30,249 nt of DNA, from NCBI GenBank assembly GCA_918234285.1, contig CAKJXZ020000044.1, positions 1 through 30,249 on the forward strand, read 5' to 3'. A program made the translations under genes and the position numbers. The DNA is from Pseudomonadota bacterium (lineage in GTDB: Bacteria; Pseudomonadota; Alphaproteobacteria; RF32; CAG-239). A model generated the notes under the pieces. It did not search any database and was not told the DNA's origin. It saw nothing but the letters and a program-made list of their open reading frames with translations. Within the stretch, counting starts at the first letter, position 1, and every line of letters starts with the position of its first letter. Below, one piece after another: positions 8,317 through 18,775 of the stretch.

Positions 8317-9570
8317 TTACCAGTTAGCGGCAATTTCCGGATCGGTAAAATATTTATCCACGGCGCGAGCCACGGCATCGGCCAGTTTCCGACGATATGC
8401 CGGTGTGCGCAAATTGGCTTCTTCCGTGCGATTCGAGAGATAACCCATTTCCAAAAGCGCGGCCGGAATATCCGGTGCTTTTAAAACCGCAAATCCGGCA
8501 AACCTGTGGGTATTTTTTACGAGTTTAACGCTTTTAGCCATTTCTTGCACCAGATAAGTGGCATATTTTGATGATTTGTTGCGAGTATCGTTTTGCGACA
8601 ACGAAATCAGAATATCGTTAACCTCTTTGGTGTTACCGCCCAAATCGATACCGCCGATAATATCGGCCTTGTTCTCACGTTCTGCCAGTGCCGCGGCTTC
8701 CTGGTCGGATGCGGTATCGGAAAGCGTATAAATCGATAAGCCGGTAGCGTTGCGATTTTTAGCACTGTCGGCATGGATTGACATAAACAGGTCAGCCTTA
8801 AAATTTTGCGCGATTTTAATCCGTTGACGCAGCGGAATAAAAATATCATTTTCTCTCGTTAAATAAACAACATAGCCTTTATTTTGGAGAATTTGCTTTA
8901 ATTCTTTTCCCATCGCTAAAGTGATATTTTTTTCATAAGTTTTGTTATATGCGCCGATTGCCCCCGGGTCTTTACCGCCGTGCCCCGGATCCAACACCAC
9001 TATCCGCTTGCGGTTAACCTTGGAAACTGCTTTTTCTGCCGGTTTTTCCAGTGATTTATCTTCAAAGCTGACAGCATCTGGAGAAAACTGTTTATTGTTG
9101 GTCAGCATGTATTTATTGCCGATTTTATTATGAAAATTTTTGGCATCGGTCATTGCCAAATCCACCACCAATCGCCAATTCTGGCCTGATTGTGGCGGAA
9201 TTAAAAAAGCTTTTTTCACTACGGCCGGACGGGAAAGTTCCAAAACCACGCGTTTATCATTGCCGGACATTCTGCCGACTCGCGTTTGTTTGACTACCTG
9301 ATTAGATATTTTGGTGTATAACTGTTTGATATCCGCATCTTCCAAATCAACCACGACTCGTTGCGGTTCATCGAGCAGAAAAACCCGATAATCGATACTT
9401 TTATCCATATCAAACACCACTCGTGCGCCATCAGATTGATTGCCGATACGCATATTTTGAATATCGACTGCAGCTTGCGCCTGATATGCAAAAAGCAGTA
9501 CAAAACAAAACACGGTAAAAATCTTTACAAATAACCGCTTCATCAGTCCCATCCAGACATACTCTTTCAT
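8317..9570 (-). CDS. amiC: N-acetylmuramoyl-L-alanine amidase (AMIN + Amidase_3); start may be ATG 9543
   Basis: Signal peptide ending AQA-A, an AMIN-like domain (RVVFD...PQRVVVDL), and zinc motifs LDPGHGGKDPGA, EKNITL, SIHAD and LEMGYLSN. Confidence 0.9.
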   Translation of the reverse strand: MKEYVWMGLMKRLFVKIFTVFCFVLLFAYQAQAAVDIQNMRIGNQSDGARVVFDMDKSIDYRVFLLDEPQRVVVDLEDADIKQLYTKISNQVVKQTRVGRMSGNDKRVVLELSRPAVVKKAFLIPPQSGQNWRLVVDLAMTDAKNFHNKIGNKYMLTNNKQFSPDAVSFEDKSLEKPAEKAVSKVNRKRIVVLDPGHGGKDPGAIGAYNKTYEKNITLAMGKELKQILQNKGYVVYLTRENDIFIPLRQRIKIAQNFKADLFMSIHADSAKNRNATGLSIYTLSDTASDQEAAALAERENKADIIGGIDLGGNTKEVNDILISLSQNDTRNKSSKYATYLVQEMAKSVKLVKNTHRFAGFAVLKAPDIPAALLEMGYLSNRTEEANLRTPAYRRKLADAVARAVDKYFTDPEIAANW

Positions 9571-9704
9571 TTTCTTCTTATAAATTGTCTATCAGTATAG
9601 CGGCTATATATTACCAATATGTTAAAATATATTAAATTGCCGATTATTTTTTTTGGGTAGTTTCTTAAATTTTTTATTGTTTTTTTAATTTTATGAATTA
9701 TGCT

Positions 9705-9989
9705 TAGGGCGATTGCGGGATGATTTTGTTTTTATTGGAGAGTTATAAAGACGTCAGCAAAACAAACCCGTTCCGCAGGATGTAAGTTTGGGCAAGATAG
9801 CACACTCCGCCGTTTTTCTAATAACCAAGAAGAAAAAGCGCAAAAACGGCCGAGTCGAGAACAAATGAAGGAAACACACATATTGCGACCAATGTCGTAT
9901 TATGTGGTGTATCAGGTTGTTTGTATAGCGTTATCGAGCCCGTAATCGGCTCTTTTTTTGTATAAAGAGCTATAAATATGAGGTTTATG
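9705..9989 (+). promoter_or_regulatory. Long structured 5' leader of rne
   Basis: Stem ACTC-C-GCCGTTTTT/AAAAACGGC-C-GAGT (9804-9855) and stem GAGCC/GGCTC followed by T7 (9936-9959). Candidate promoter TTGTTT-N16-TATGCT (9677-9704). Confidence 0.5.
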
Positions 9990-12455
9990 ATGACAAAAAG
10001 AATGTTAATTGACGATACGCAACCGGAAGAAACCCGAGTTGTTATCGTGGATGGAAACAAAGTGGAAGACGTGGAATTTGAATCCACATCACGCAAGCAA
10101 ATCAAAGGAAATATCTATACTGCAAAAATAATCAGAATCGAGCCTTCGTTGCAAGCAGCTTTTATTGATTACGGCGGCAACAAACACGGTTTTTTGGCTT
10201 TTAACGAAATTCATCCGGATTATTACAATGTATCCGACGAAGTACGTAAGCAGGTTGAAGCCGAAGTTGATGAAATAATTGCCGGAAAAATCCGTTATTT
10301 AAAGGAGCGAGAAGCCGAACGTGCGCGCTATAAAGCCGAAAAAGAGGCTCAGGAAGCGCGTCGCCGCATGGAAGCTCAGCAGGCTCATGAAGTGGAAGAA
10401 GCTCAGTTGGAACCGGCACAAAATGTTCAGCCGGAAAATGATGAATACCTGAATATTCAGGCAACCGCCGACATGATGCACGAGGTACAGCCGGTTGAGG
10501 AAAGTTCCGACAGCGAAGAAAAAGCGCCGGAAAAAGCGCCGAAATCTCGTCGTTCTTTCAGAAAACGCAAAAATGAAAAAGCCGCGACAGAAGCAGCAGA
10601 CTCCGCTGATACGGCTCCGATTGAAGCCGCTACTGAGACTCCTGCCCCGCAAGTTGCGGAAAATGCACCGATTCCGGATGAAGCGGTTACCGAGGCTCCG
10701 GAAGCAACCGAGCCGGTTGAAGAAGAAACGACCGAGGACGCAAAACCACGCAGACACCGTAAGTCGACACGCCGTCCGCGCGATCGTAAAAAAGCCGTAC
10801 AAACTCAGGCCGAGGCGACCGGTTTGGAAGCAGAAACGCTGGAAGACGAAGTTGATGACGATTTGGACAGCGATGATGACGACGATATCGAAAATACCGA
10901 AAGCGGCGAGTATAATTTTGAAACTCAGCGCAAATTGCTGATTGCTCGCAAGCTGTTTCATCGCAGCACCATTCAAGACGTTTTAAAGGAAGGACAGACC
11001 TTATTAATTCAGGTGGTAAAAGAAGAGCGCGGCAACAAAGGCGCCGCCTGCACCACCTATATTTCGCTGGCCGGAAGATATTGCGTTTTGATGCCGAACC
11101 GCATTAAGAGCGGCGGTGTATCGCGCAAAATAACCAATGCCAACGATCGTCGTCGTTTGAAGGCCGTTATTAAAAGCTTGCCGATGAATACCGACATGTC
11201 GCTGATTATCCGCACAGCAGGCGAAGATAAGAGCGATGCCGATATTATTCGCGACTACAACTACTTAATCCGCACTTGGAATGCCATTCGCTACGGTGCT
11301 TTGCGCACCCCGGCGCCGGCCATTGTGTACGAAGAAGGTAACTTAATCAAACGTGCCCTGCGCGATATGTATACCAAAGATATTGCCGAAGTGATTATTG
11401 ACGGTGATGAGGCTTATCAGACGGCGCGCAACTTTGTAAAAATTTTATCGCCGCACAACCTGCGTCACATTCATTGTCGCAAGCCGGGCGATGTGCCGGT
11501 ATTTCAACGTTTTCAGATTGAAGCCCAGCTGGATAAATTGCATAATCCGATTGTGCAGCTGGAATCCGGCGGCTATCTGGTGATTAATCCGACCGAAGCG
11601 CTGGTTTCGATTGATGTTAACTCCGGACGTGCCACCAAAGAAAAAGATATTGAAGAAACCGCGCTCAAAACCAACTTGGAAGCTGCCGACGAAATCGCCA
11701 AACAGCTGAAAATGCGCGATTTGGCCGGTTTAATTGTGGTTGACTTCATTGATATGTATGAACAACAAAATAATGTGGCGGTCGAACGGCGAATGAAAGA
11801 AGCGATGAAAGATGATCGCGCCCGCATTCAAATTGCCAAGATGAGTATTTTCGGGCTGCTGGAGATATCGCGTCAGCGTATGCATTCATCGTTTATGGAA
11901 AGCAATTACGAGCCTTGCCCGTATTGTCACGGCCGCGGCGTAACCCGTACCGTAGAATCCGGCGCAACTTTGGTATTGCGTTCGATTGAGGGTGAAGGTG
12001 TACGCAACCGCAAGGCTAAATTGACAGTCAGCGTTCCGGTTGAATTTGCCGCTTATATTTTGAACCAAAAGCGCAAACAGTTGGCGGCTCTGGAAGAGAC
12101 CTATGAGTTGCAAATCGTGATTGCCGGCGATCCGACAATGAAAGATATTTCCGACTTCAAGATTTGCCGCGAAAAATTGCAAATTGCCAATACCAATACC
12201 GCAGATACGGCCGCAACCTGTTACGAAGCGGAAAATATGGAATATGATGAAGAAGACGACGCTGCCGCGGAAGAAACAACCGAAGAAGAAAGCGGCGACC
12301 GTCGTTTCCGCTTCCGCCGCAATTCTCGCGGACGCAGACAACGCCGCTCGGATGAACGTCGCAATGACAGACGCGGCGACAATGCAGAAAATTCTGCTGC
12401 ACCTGTCGAAGCCAAACCGGAGAAAAAGTCTTGGTGGCAAAAATTACTCGGATAA
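9990..12455 (+). CDS. rne: Ribonuclease E (Rne/Rng family, alphaproteobacterial type)
   Basis: Motifs KRMLID, IEPSLQAAFIDYG, QVVKEERGNKGA, IDVNSG, DFIDM and the Zn-link CPYC. GAGG at 9980-9983 favours ATG 9990 (or 9987) over 9978. Confidence 0.95.
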   Translation: MTKRMLIDDTQPEETRVVIVDGNKVEDVEFESTSRKQIKGNIYTAKIIRIEPSLQAAFIDYGGNKHGFLAFNEIHPDYYNVSDEVRKQVEAEVDEIIAGKIRYLKEREAERARYKAEKEAQEARRRMEAQQAHEVEEAQLEPAQNVQPENDEYLNIQATADMMHEVQPVEESSDSEEKAPEKAPKSRRSFRKRKNEKAATEAADSADTAPIEAATETPAPQVAENAPIPDEAVTEAPEATEPVEEETTEDAKPRRHRKSTRRPRDRKKAVQTQAEATGLEAETLEDEVDDDLDSDDDDDIENTESGEYNFETQRKLLIARKLFHRSTIQDVLKEGQTLLIQVVKEERGNKGAACTTYISLAGRYCVLMPNRIKSGGVSRKITNANDRRRLKAVIKSLPMNTDMSLIIRTAGEDKSDADIIRDYNYLIRTWNAIRYGALRTPAPAIVYEEGNLIKRALRDMYTKDIAEVIIDGDEAYQTARNFVKILSPHNLRHIHCRKPGDVPVFQRFQIEAQLDKLHNPIVQLESGGYLVINPTEALVSIDVNSGRATKEKDIEETALKTNLEAADEIAKQLKMRDLAGLIVVDFIDMYEQQNNVAVERRMKEAMKDDRARIQIAKMSIFGLLEISRQRMHSSFMESNYEPCPYCHGRGVTRTVESGATLVLRSIEGEGVRNRKAKLTVSVPVEFAAYILNQKRKQLAALEETYELQIVIAGDPTMKDISDFKICREKLQIANTNTADTAATCYEAENMEYDEEDDAAAEETTEEESGDRRFRFRRNSRGRRQRRSDERRNDRRGDNAENSAAPVEAKPEKKSWWQKLLG

Positions 12456-13780
12456 TGCGCTTTTTTGCGCTTTTACTGCTGTTGACCGGTTTGTTTATCA
12501 AACCGGCCGCGGCCGAAAGCGTGACCCTCATTACCGATGCCGAAACGCAAAATTTTTTGAACTCGATTTTGTCTCCGCTGTATAAAGCGGCCGGTATTCC
12601 GTTTAAGTCAGATGTTCACATAGTGCGTGACAATTCTCTCAATGCGTTTGTCAGCGATGGCAACTATATGTTTGTGCATACCGGCACACTGATTGAGGCC
12701 GACAATGTCAACGAGCTTTCCGGCATTTTAGCGCACGAAACCGGACATATTATGGGCGGTCATATCGTGCGACAACAGCTGAAAATGGAAAAAATGAAGT
12801 ATGTGATGCTCGGCTCAATGATTGCCGCCGGTGCTACAGCCGTTTCCACCGGTCGCGGCGACGCGGCAATGGCGATTATGCTCGGCTCGCAGAGTTCGGC
12901 CATTAACAGCATGTTGCATTATCAGATGGAAGAAGAACGCAGCGCCGATGAAAGTGCAATCAAATTGTTATCCCAAACCAAACAATCAACTGCCGGCCTG
13001 CAAAATTTTATGAACAAAATCAAAAAGAAAAATGCCCTGAGCGGCGTTACGGAAAGCACCTATTTCCGCACACACCCGTTGACGAACGAGCGTATCAATC
13101 ACTTCATTGAAGCCGGCAAAAGCAATCACTATCCGAGCGCGCACCGTCTGGATGGCGAATTTGCGATGATTAAGGCAAAGTTGGCGGCATTTTTATTGGA
13201 TAAACAAAAGGTTATGCGGATGTATCCGGCGAGTGATAATTCGGCTCAGGGACGTTATGCTCACAGTATTCTGGCATTTCGGCAGAACAATATAACTGAA
13301 GCACTGCGCCTGATTGACGGCCTAATTACCGAGCAACCGAAGAATCCGTATTTTCACGAGTTAAAAGGCCAATTTTTGTTTGAAAGCGGCCAGGTAAAAC
13401 AAAGTGTTAACGAGTACGAAACCGCGCTCAAGCTGTTACCGAACAATCCGCTGTTGCAAACCAGTTTGGCTCAAGCCATGCTGGAGAATAATCCGAATAA
13501 AGCGCAATTGCAACGCATTATTGCCCTATTGCAACAAGCGCAGATCAAAACCCCGACCGTCAGCGGCTGGATGATGTTATCCCGTGCTTATGATATGAAT
13601 GGTCAGCGGGCACGTTCACTGTATGCGGCGGCCGAGTTCAGCTATGAAATGGATAATTTGGATGTGGCGCAAAAACAGTTGGATAATGCACGCAAAGCCG
13701 GTGCAGACAAGAGTCTGGAGCTCAAGATTTCCGACTTGGAACAGCGCATCAAACGTGAGCTCAAAAACCGCGGATTCTAA
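12455..13780 (+). CDS. M48 family zinc metalloprotease with TPRs (BepA/YfgC-like)
   Basis: Signal peptide MRFFALLLLL...AAA, motifs NAF, AHETGH, EERSAD and THP, and a TPR C-terminus. ATG 12455 overlaps the rne stop (TAATG). Confidence 0.9.
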   Translation: MRFFALLLLLTGLFIKPAAAESVTLITDAETQNFLNSILSPLYKAAGIPFKSDVHIVRDNSLNAFVSDGNYMFVHTGTLIEADNVNELSGILAHETGHIMGGHIVRQQLKMEKMKYVMLGSMIAAGATAVSTGRGDAAMAIMLGSQSSAINSMLHYQMEEERSADESAIKLLSQTKQSTAGLQNFMNKIKKKNALSGVTESTYFRTHPLTNERINHFIEAGKSNHYPSAHRLDGEFAMIKAKLAAFLLDKQKVMRMYPASDNSAQGRYAHSILAFRQNNITEALRLIDGLITEQPKNPYFHELKGQFLFESGQVKQSVNEYETALKLLPNNPLLQTSLAQAMLENNPNKAQLQRIIALLQQAQIKTPTVSGWMMLSRAYDMNGQRARSLYAAAEFSYEMDNLDVAQKQLDNARKAGADKSLELKISDLEQRIKRELKNRGF

Positions 13781-13822
13781 TATTTGCCGTTTATATCGAT
13801 TTTTCCTATCTGCAACCGAGGC

Positions 13823-13851
13823 TTGATTTTTTATGTTAAAAGCTATATGAT
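13823..13851 (+). promoter_or_regulatory. Putative sigma70 promoter of the hydrolase gene
   Basis: TTGATT-N17-TATGAT, followed by an AAAGGA RBS at 13861-13866. Confidence 0.5.
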
Positions 13852-13873
13852 GGCGACAAGAAAGGATAATAGG

Positions 13874-14629
13874 TTGAAAATTCGTCTGTTTTTAATGTGT
13901 TTGGCTGTGACCGGTTGTGTCGCACCGTTGCAGATTCCCGCCGAATTTAAATATTCGGTGGCCCAAACCGACGATTTTGACTTTGCGGTGTGGCAAAAAA
14001 TCGAACAGCCGTCGGCACCGTATAAAATATATTTTGAGGGTGACGGCTTTGCTTTCAATGCTTACGGCCAACCGACCTCCGACCCTACTCCGCACGGAAC
14101 TTTTATGCGCACGACCGCGTTTGCCGACCGGCATCCGAACGTGATTTATATGGCGCGCGCCTGCCAGTTTGTGCAAAATAAAAAGTGCGAGCAAAAATAT
14201 TGGACTACCGCGCGTTTTGCGCCGGAAATCGTAGCGGCACAGGCCGATGCGGTCAAGCAAATTGTGAGCAATCATCCGGTTACCTTCGTCGGCTTTTCCG
14301 GCGGAGCGCAAATTGCCGGCCTGATTGCCGTAACGCATCCGGAAATTAAGGTGCAAAAAATTATCACTGTCGGCGGAAATTTGGACCATCCGGCATGGAC
14401 TGCGTATCATCGCGTGCCGCCGCTTACGGATTCTGCCGATTTGAACGATTATCGTTCCGCGTTTGCGCAAATTCCGCAAGTTCATTATGTTGGCACCAAA
14501 GATACGATTATGCCGCCGGAGCTTAATCAAAATTTTGTGGCAGAAAGTGCCGAGATAGTGGTGGTTGAAGGTGCCGCGCACAACGCCGACTGGGATGAAA
14601 TCCTGCCGCAAATCTGGAATGAAGATTGA
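13874..14629 (+). CDS. Alpha/beta hydrolase-fold lipoprotein (putative esterase)
   Basis: TTG start 7 nt after AAAGGA gives MKIRLFLMCLAVTGC (lipobox). Motifs YFEGDG, nucleophile elbow GFSGG, GTKD and a C-terminal His (GAAH). Confidence 0.8.
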   Translation: MKIRLFLMCLAVTGCVAPLQIPAEFKYSVAQTDDFDFAVWQKIEQPSAPYKIYFEGDGFAFNAYGQPTSDPTPHGTFMRTTAFADRHPNVIYMARACQFVQNKKCEQKYWTTARFAPEIVAAQADAVKQIVSNHPVTFVGFSGGAQIAGLIAVTHPEIKVQKIITVGGNLDHPAWTAYHRVPPLTDSADLNDYRSAFAQIPQVHYVGTKDTIMPPELNQNFVAESAEIVVVEGAAHNADWDEILPQIWNED

Positions 14630-14632
14630 TTT

Positions 14633-16435
14633 TTATGAAATTGCCTCAATTTTAAGCTGAATTTCCAACCATTGTTCTTCTTTTTGCGCAATTGCCTCTT
14701 TATTGGCGGCCAGAGTGGTGGTCAGTTCGTCAAATTTTTGCGGGTCATCGGTATATAAATTCGGATTGCCGAGCGCAATTTCAATAGCCTTGTTTGCAGC
14801 TTCCAATTCGGCAATTTCCTTAGGCAGATTATCCGAGAGATATTGTTCCTTAAAACTTAGTTTCACGGTTTTATTGCGCTCTCTTACCTTAGGTTCTGCC
14901 TTGGCCGGAGCCTTTTTCGGTGTTTTCTCCGCCGGACGGTTTTTCAACTTATCCAACAGCTCGGTATAAGTACCGACGTGTTCATAAATTGTGCCGTCAC
15001 CTTTCATATACAACAAAGAGGTGGCAACTTTATCCATAAAATCGCGGTCGTGGCTGACAATCAGTACCGTCCCTTCATACTCGTCAAGCACTTCCTGTAA
15101 CAAATCGAGCGTATCCATATCCAAATCATTAGTCGGTTCATCCAAAACCAGCAAATTAGACGGTCGCGCCAATGCCACCGCCAACATCAGGCGATTTTTT
15201 TCACCGCCGGAAAGTGCCGCCACCGGACACTGCGCCTGCTCCGGCTTAAACAAGAAATCTTTTAAATAAGCCACCACATGGCGAAAATGGCCGCGCACCC
15301 AAATATGGTCGCCCTCATTACACAGAGTTTTCCATAGTGTTTTTTTGGGGTCGAGCGTAAGACGATTTTGATCAAAATATGCTTCTTCCAGATTTTTACC
15401 GATACGAATAAAACCTGAATCCGGCTCCAGACGCTTGGTCAAAAGTTTTACCAGAGTGGTTTTACCCGAGCCGTTCGGACCAACAATCCCGAGTTTATGC
15501 CCTTTGATGATACGGATAGAGAAGTCTTTAATCAGCTGACGCTCGCCGAAAGCTTTATAAACGTGCTTGGCCTCAATTACCATTTTAGAGCGCTGTTCGG
15601 CGGTTTCCACTTCCATATTGACCGAGCCCATCATCTTGATTTGTTCGCGCCGTTCTTGCCGCAATTGTTGCAAACGCCGCAGACGTCCCATATTGCGCTT
15701 GCGTCGTGCCGTAACGCCTTTATGCAGCCATTCGGTTTCTTCGGCAATTTTCTTGTTGAGTGCCTTTTGTTCGATAATTTCCTGATCGATAACCTGGTCT
15801 TCCCATTCCTCAAAATGCGCAAAACTCTTATTGTTGCGGCGCAAAATGCCCCTATCCAGCCAAAACGTGGTCTGCGATACATGACACAAAAAAGAGCGGT
15901 CGTGACTGATAACGATGACTGCACCGGCAAACTGTTTAATAATATCTTCCAGTTTTTCGATGGCTTCGATATCCAAATGGTTGGTCGGCTCATCAAGGAG
16001 CAGAATATCCGGTTCGTTGATTAATGCCTTGGCCAGAGCGGCTTTACGACATTCTCCGCCGGACGATTCCCGAGGGCTCTGCTTGTCACGGATATCAAAA
16101 TATTCAATCAGCTTATCAGCACGGTAAATCTGATTTTTTTCGGTTGACGGCAACCCGCTTTCCACTACTTCGCGCAAGGTTTTGTAACTGCTCAAATCAG
16201 GCTCTTGCGGCATATAGCCGACCCGCATTCCCGGTTGCATAAAAAATTCGCCGTCATCGGCTTCTATTTCACCGGCAATAACTTTCAAGAGCGTCGATTT
16301 ACCACAACCGTTGCGCCCGACCAGACATATTTTATCACCGCGGTTAATGTATAAATCAACCCCGAGAAAAAGCGGCTTCAGACCAAAACTCAAACGTGCC
16401 CCGCGCACTGTATATATCGGAGCTTCCACAACCAT
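14633..16435 (-). CDS. uup: ABC-F family ATPase, Uup-like
   Basis: Two ABC domains ([26 protein letters not shown]), linker [15 protein letters not shown]-terminal KLSFKEQ coiled coil and no TM segments. Confidence 0.88.
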   Translation of the reverse strand: MVVEAPIYTVRGARLSFGLKPLFLGVDLYINRGDKICLVGRNGCGKSTLLKVIAGEIEADDGEFFMQPGMRVGYMPQEPDLSSYKTLREVVESGLPSTEKNQIYRADKLIEYFDIRDKQSPRESSGGECRKAALAKALINEPDILLLDEPTNHLDIEAIEKLEDIIKQFAGAVIVISHDRSFLCHVSQTTFWLDRGILRRNNKSFAHFEEWEDQVIDQEIIEQKALNKKIAEETEWLHKGVTARRKRNMGRLRRLQQLRQERREQIKMMGSVNMEVETAEQRSKMVIEAKHVYKAFGERQLIKDFSIRIIKGHKLGIVGPNGSGKTTLVKLLTKRLEPDSGFIRIGKNLEEAYFDQNRLTLDPKKTLWKTLCNEGDHIWVRGHFRHVVAYLKDFLFKPEQAQCPVAALSGGEKNRLMLAVALARPSNLLVLDEPTNDLDMDTLDLLQEVLDEYEGTVLIVSHDRDFMDKVATSLLYMKGDGTIYEHVGTYTELLDKLKNRPAEKTPKKAPAKAEPKVRERNKTVKLSFKEQYLSDNLPKEIAELEAANKAIEIALGNPNLYTDDPQKFDELTTTLAANKEAIAQKEEQWLEIQLKIEAIS

Positions 16436-16560
16436 ATTTTCAACCTTTCGGACTATATCTAAACCAAAATAAAAAATATTACAAGCAATTTATTTTTTTG
16501 CCTTGAAACATCTTTATTTTCGTATTATTGTAATGCAAAGTTATTTTGAAAGGTTATATT

Positions 16561-17682
16561 ATGCAGAAAATATTGTTCAGCATTGCTTTTATTACGCTTT
16601 TGACGGCGCATAATTCATTTGCCGCCAGCGGTGATGTGGATTTGTTATCCGACGAAATGTTTTTAAGTGACAGCGAAACCGCGCAGACCGATGCCAATGT
16701 TGACGAGCCGGAAGAAGATGAAAAATCCGGCGGAATCTTCGGTTTTATGCGCCCGATTACCAAATTTTTCAGCGGAGGAAATTCCGATGATGAAGATAAA
16801 GAAGAGGAAGAAGATTTATTCGACAAGCTGACACGTTCTGCCGACTCAGGCAATCTCGAAAGCCAAATAGAACTGGCTTACTTGTATCTTTACGGAATAG
16901 ACAACGTTAAACAAGATTTTGAAAAAGCCTTGCACTACTATACTTTAGCCGCAGAACAAAAAGACCCGATTGCTTTGAATAATCTGGGCAGTTTATACTT
17001 CAGCGGCATCGGCGCAAAAAGAGATATCGGTAAGGCTTTGGAATTGTTCCGCGAAGCCGCCGATTTGGGTAACGATAATGCTGCGCTCAATTTGGCATTT
17101 ATCTATCTGACGGGCGGCAAAAAAAATGCGGAACGCAATAAAAGAGCCGTTGAGTTATTTGAGCAAGCGCAGAAAAAGAACAATATTGCCAAGTTTATGC
17201 TGGGTTATGCCTACTATAAAGGGTTTGTAGTGCCGCAAGATTATGAAAAAGCCTTCCAGTTGGTTAAGGCTGCGGCCGATTCCCCGGCGCAGATTGATGA
17301 AGCTCAGCTGATATTAGCAAGAATGTATGCTGACGGCAAAGGTACGGTGCAAAACTACCAAAACGCGCTCAACGCATATCGTGCGGCCGTATCACAAAAT
17401 AATATGGAAGCGATTATGGAGTTGGCACAAATTTATACCAATGGTGTTATGTGCCCGAAAAACTTTGTGTTGGCTCACTCGCTGTTCAATATCGCCTCAG
17501 CCAAGAATATTCCGGGAGCGAAGGAAAAACGTGATGACCTCACGGCGGAAATGAAATTGGAAGAACTGACACAAGCTCAGGAAACTGCACAAAATTATCA
17601 AAGTACTCCGTCTGAGCTGACCACATACATCAGACAGACGTACGGTTCCAATGTCAGAAAATACATCGAAAATAATATATAA
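16561..17682 (+). CDS. Secreted Sel1-like repeat protein
   Basis: Signal peptide (SFA-A), an acidic linker and about 6 SLR units (e.g. ALNNLGSLYFSGIG..A...F..AA..G). The RBS GAAAGG favours ATG 16561. Confidence 0.88.
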   Translation: MQKILFSIAFITLLTAHNSFAASGDVDLLSDEMFLSDSETAQTDANVDEPEEDEKSGGIFGFMRPITKFFSGGNSDDEDKEEEEDLFDKLTRSADSGNLESQIELAYLYLYGIDNVKQDFEKALHYYTLAAEQKDPIALNNLGSLYFSGIGAKRDIGKALELFREAADLGNDNAALNLAFIYLTGGKKNAERNKRAVELFEQAQKKNNIAKFMLGYAYYKGFVVPQDYEKAFQLVKAAADSPAQIDEAQLILARMYADGKGTVQNYQNALNAYRAAVSQNNMEAIMELAQIYTNGVMCPKNFVLAHSLFNIASAKNIPGAKEKRDDLTAEMKLEELTQAQETAQNYQSTPSELTTYIRQTYGSNVRKYIENNI

Positions 17683-17693
17683 AAATAAGTAAC

Positions 17694-18653
17694 ATGAGTA
17701 GAAAAAGCAAAAAACTGTTACGCAAAATATTATCTTGGTCCGGATTATTCTTTTTCGGGCTGGCTGCTTTTATGATTTATCATCAGCTTTCCAAATATTC
17801 ACTCGAGGAGATAAAACAAGCGGTGATAAACGTACCCAATCGCAATATTCTATTTGCCTGCATAGCTTCGTTATGCGGATATATAGCTTTATCTTCTTAT
17901 GATTTTTTGGCGTTAAAATATATAAAGCACAAATTAGCGGCTTGGAAATGGATGTTTGCAGGTTTTCTGGGGTTTGCCATCAGCAACAACGCCGGACACG
18001 CCGTAGTTTCCGGAGGTGCGATACGTTATCGGCTGTATACGAGGTGGAGAGTTCCGGCCGGAGATATCGTCAAAATTGTGACTTTTTCCGGTTTTACCTA
18101 TTTAATTGCCTGTTTCTTTCTGGTGATTATCGGAGTCATTTGTTCGCCGCAACACGTTTTAACCGCGATGTCTTCACGTTATGTTAATTGGGCGGTGTTG
18201 ACGCTTTCGGTATGCGGATTATTATTTTATTTTTGGGGTTGTATGTTTTATAAAAAGCCGATTGTTATCAAAGAAATCGAATTTGATACCCCCTCGCCGC
18301 AAATGGCGTTGGCGCAAATGCTCATCGGAAGTGCCGATATTTTGATGGCATCGTTGGTGCTGTATTTTATTATGGAAAGCTATATAGATATTCCGTTTTT
18401 CACTTTTATCGGCGTATTTATTACGGCACAGTTGCTCGGCATATACAGTCAGGTTCCGGGCGGATTGGGAGTATTTGAGGTGGTGTTTACCAATTTGTTG
18501 CCGGAAGACTTGAACCAGGCCACATTATTTGCGATTTTGATTTTATACCGCATTATTTATTATTTGTTGCCGTTGATAATTTCAGGCATAGTACTGATAA
18601 TATATGAGTTTTCGTTGCCCGACAGAAAAAATTATAAAAAAATCAAAAAATAA
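17694..18653 (+). CDS. Lysylphosphatidylglycerol-synthase-like transmembrane (flippase) domain protein, YbhN/MprF N-terminal type
   Basis: About 8 TM helices with motifs YDFLAL, SGGAIRYRLY, VPGGLGVFE and YRIIYYLLP. There is no C-terminal aminoacyl-transferase domain. Confidence 0.88.
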   Translation: MSRKSKKLLRKILSWSGLFFFGLAAFMIYHQLSKYSLEEIKQAVINVPNRNILFACIASLCGYIALSSYDFLALKYIKHKLAAWKWMFAGFLGFAISNNAGHAVVSGGAIRYRLYTRWRVPAGDIVKIVTFSGFTYLIACFFLVIIGVICSPQHVLTAMSSRYVNWAVLTLSVCGLLFYFWGCMFYKKPIVIKEIEFDTPSPQMALAQMLIGSADILMASLVLYFIMESYIDIPFFTFIGVFITAQLLGIYSQVPGGLGVFEVVFTNLLPEDLNQATLFAILILYRIIYYLLPLIISGIVLIIYEFSLPDRKNYKKIKK

Positions 18654-18655
18654 TA

Positions 18656-18685
18656 TTGACAACGGCACAGATACATTGTAATAAT
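18656..18685 (+). promoter_or_regulatory. Putative tRNA promoter
   Basis: Perfect TTGACA at 18656-18661 with TAATAAT starting 17 nt downstream, just before the tRNA. Confidence 0.55.
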
Positions 18686-18698
18686 CTATTTGCTTTAT

Positions 18699-18775
18699 GG
18701 CGGGGTAGCTCAGTTGGTTAGAGCAGCGGAATCATAATCCGCGTGTCGTTGGTTCGAATCCGACCCTCGCTACCA
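18699..18775 (+). tRNA. tRNA-Met(CAT), probably elongator
   Basis: 77-nt cloverleaf: acceptor GGCGGGG/CCTCGCT, D-arm GCTC/GAGC, anticodon stem GCGGA/TCCGC with loop ATCATAA, T-loop TTCGAAT, encoded CCA. It lacks the initiator GGG/CCC anticodon-stem pairs; Ile2 is not formally excluded. Confidence 0.95.

Noticed and set aside
9611-9635. CtrA-like boxes upstream of amiC (TTAC-N7-TTAA, TTAA-N6-TTAA)
   Set aside because: Both are imperfect and lie in very AT-rich DNA where chance matches are expected.
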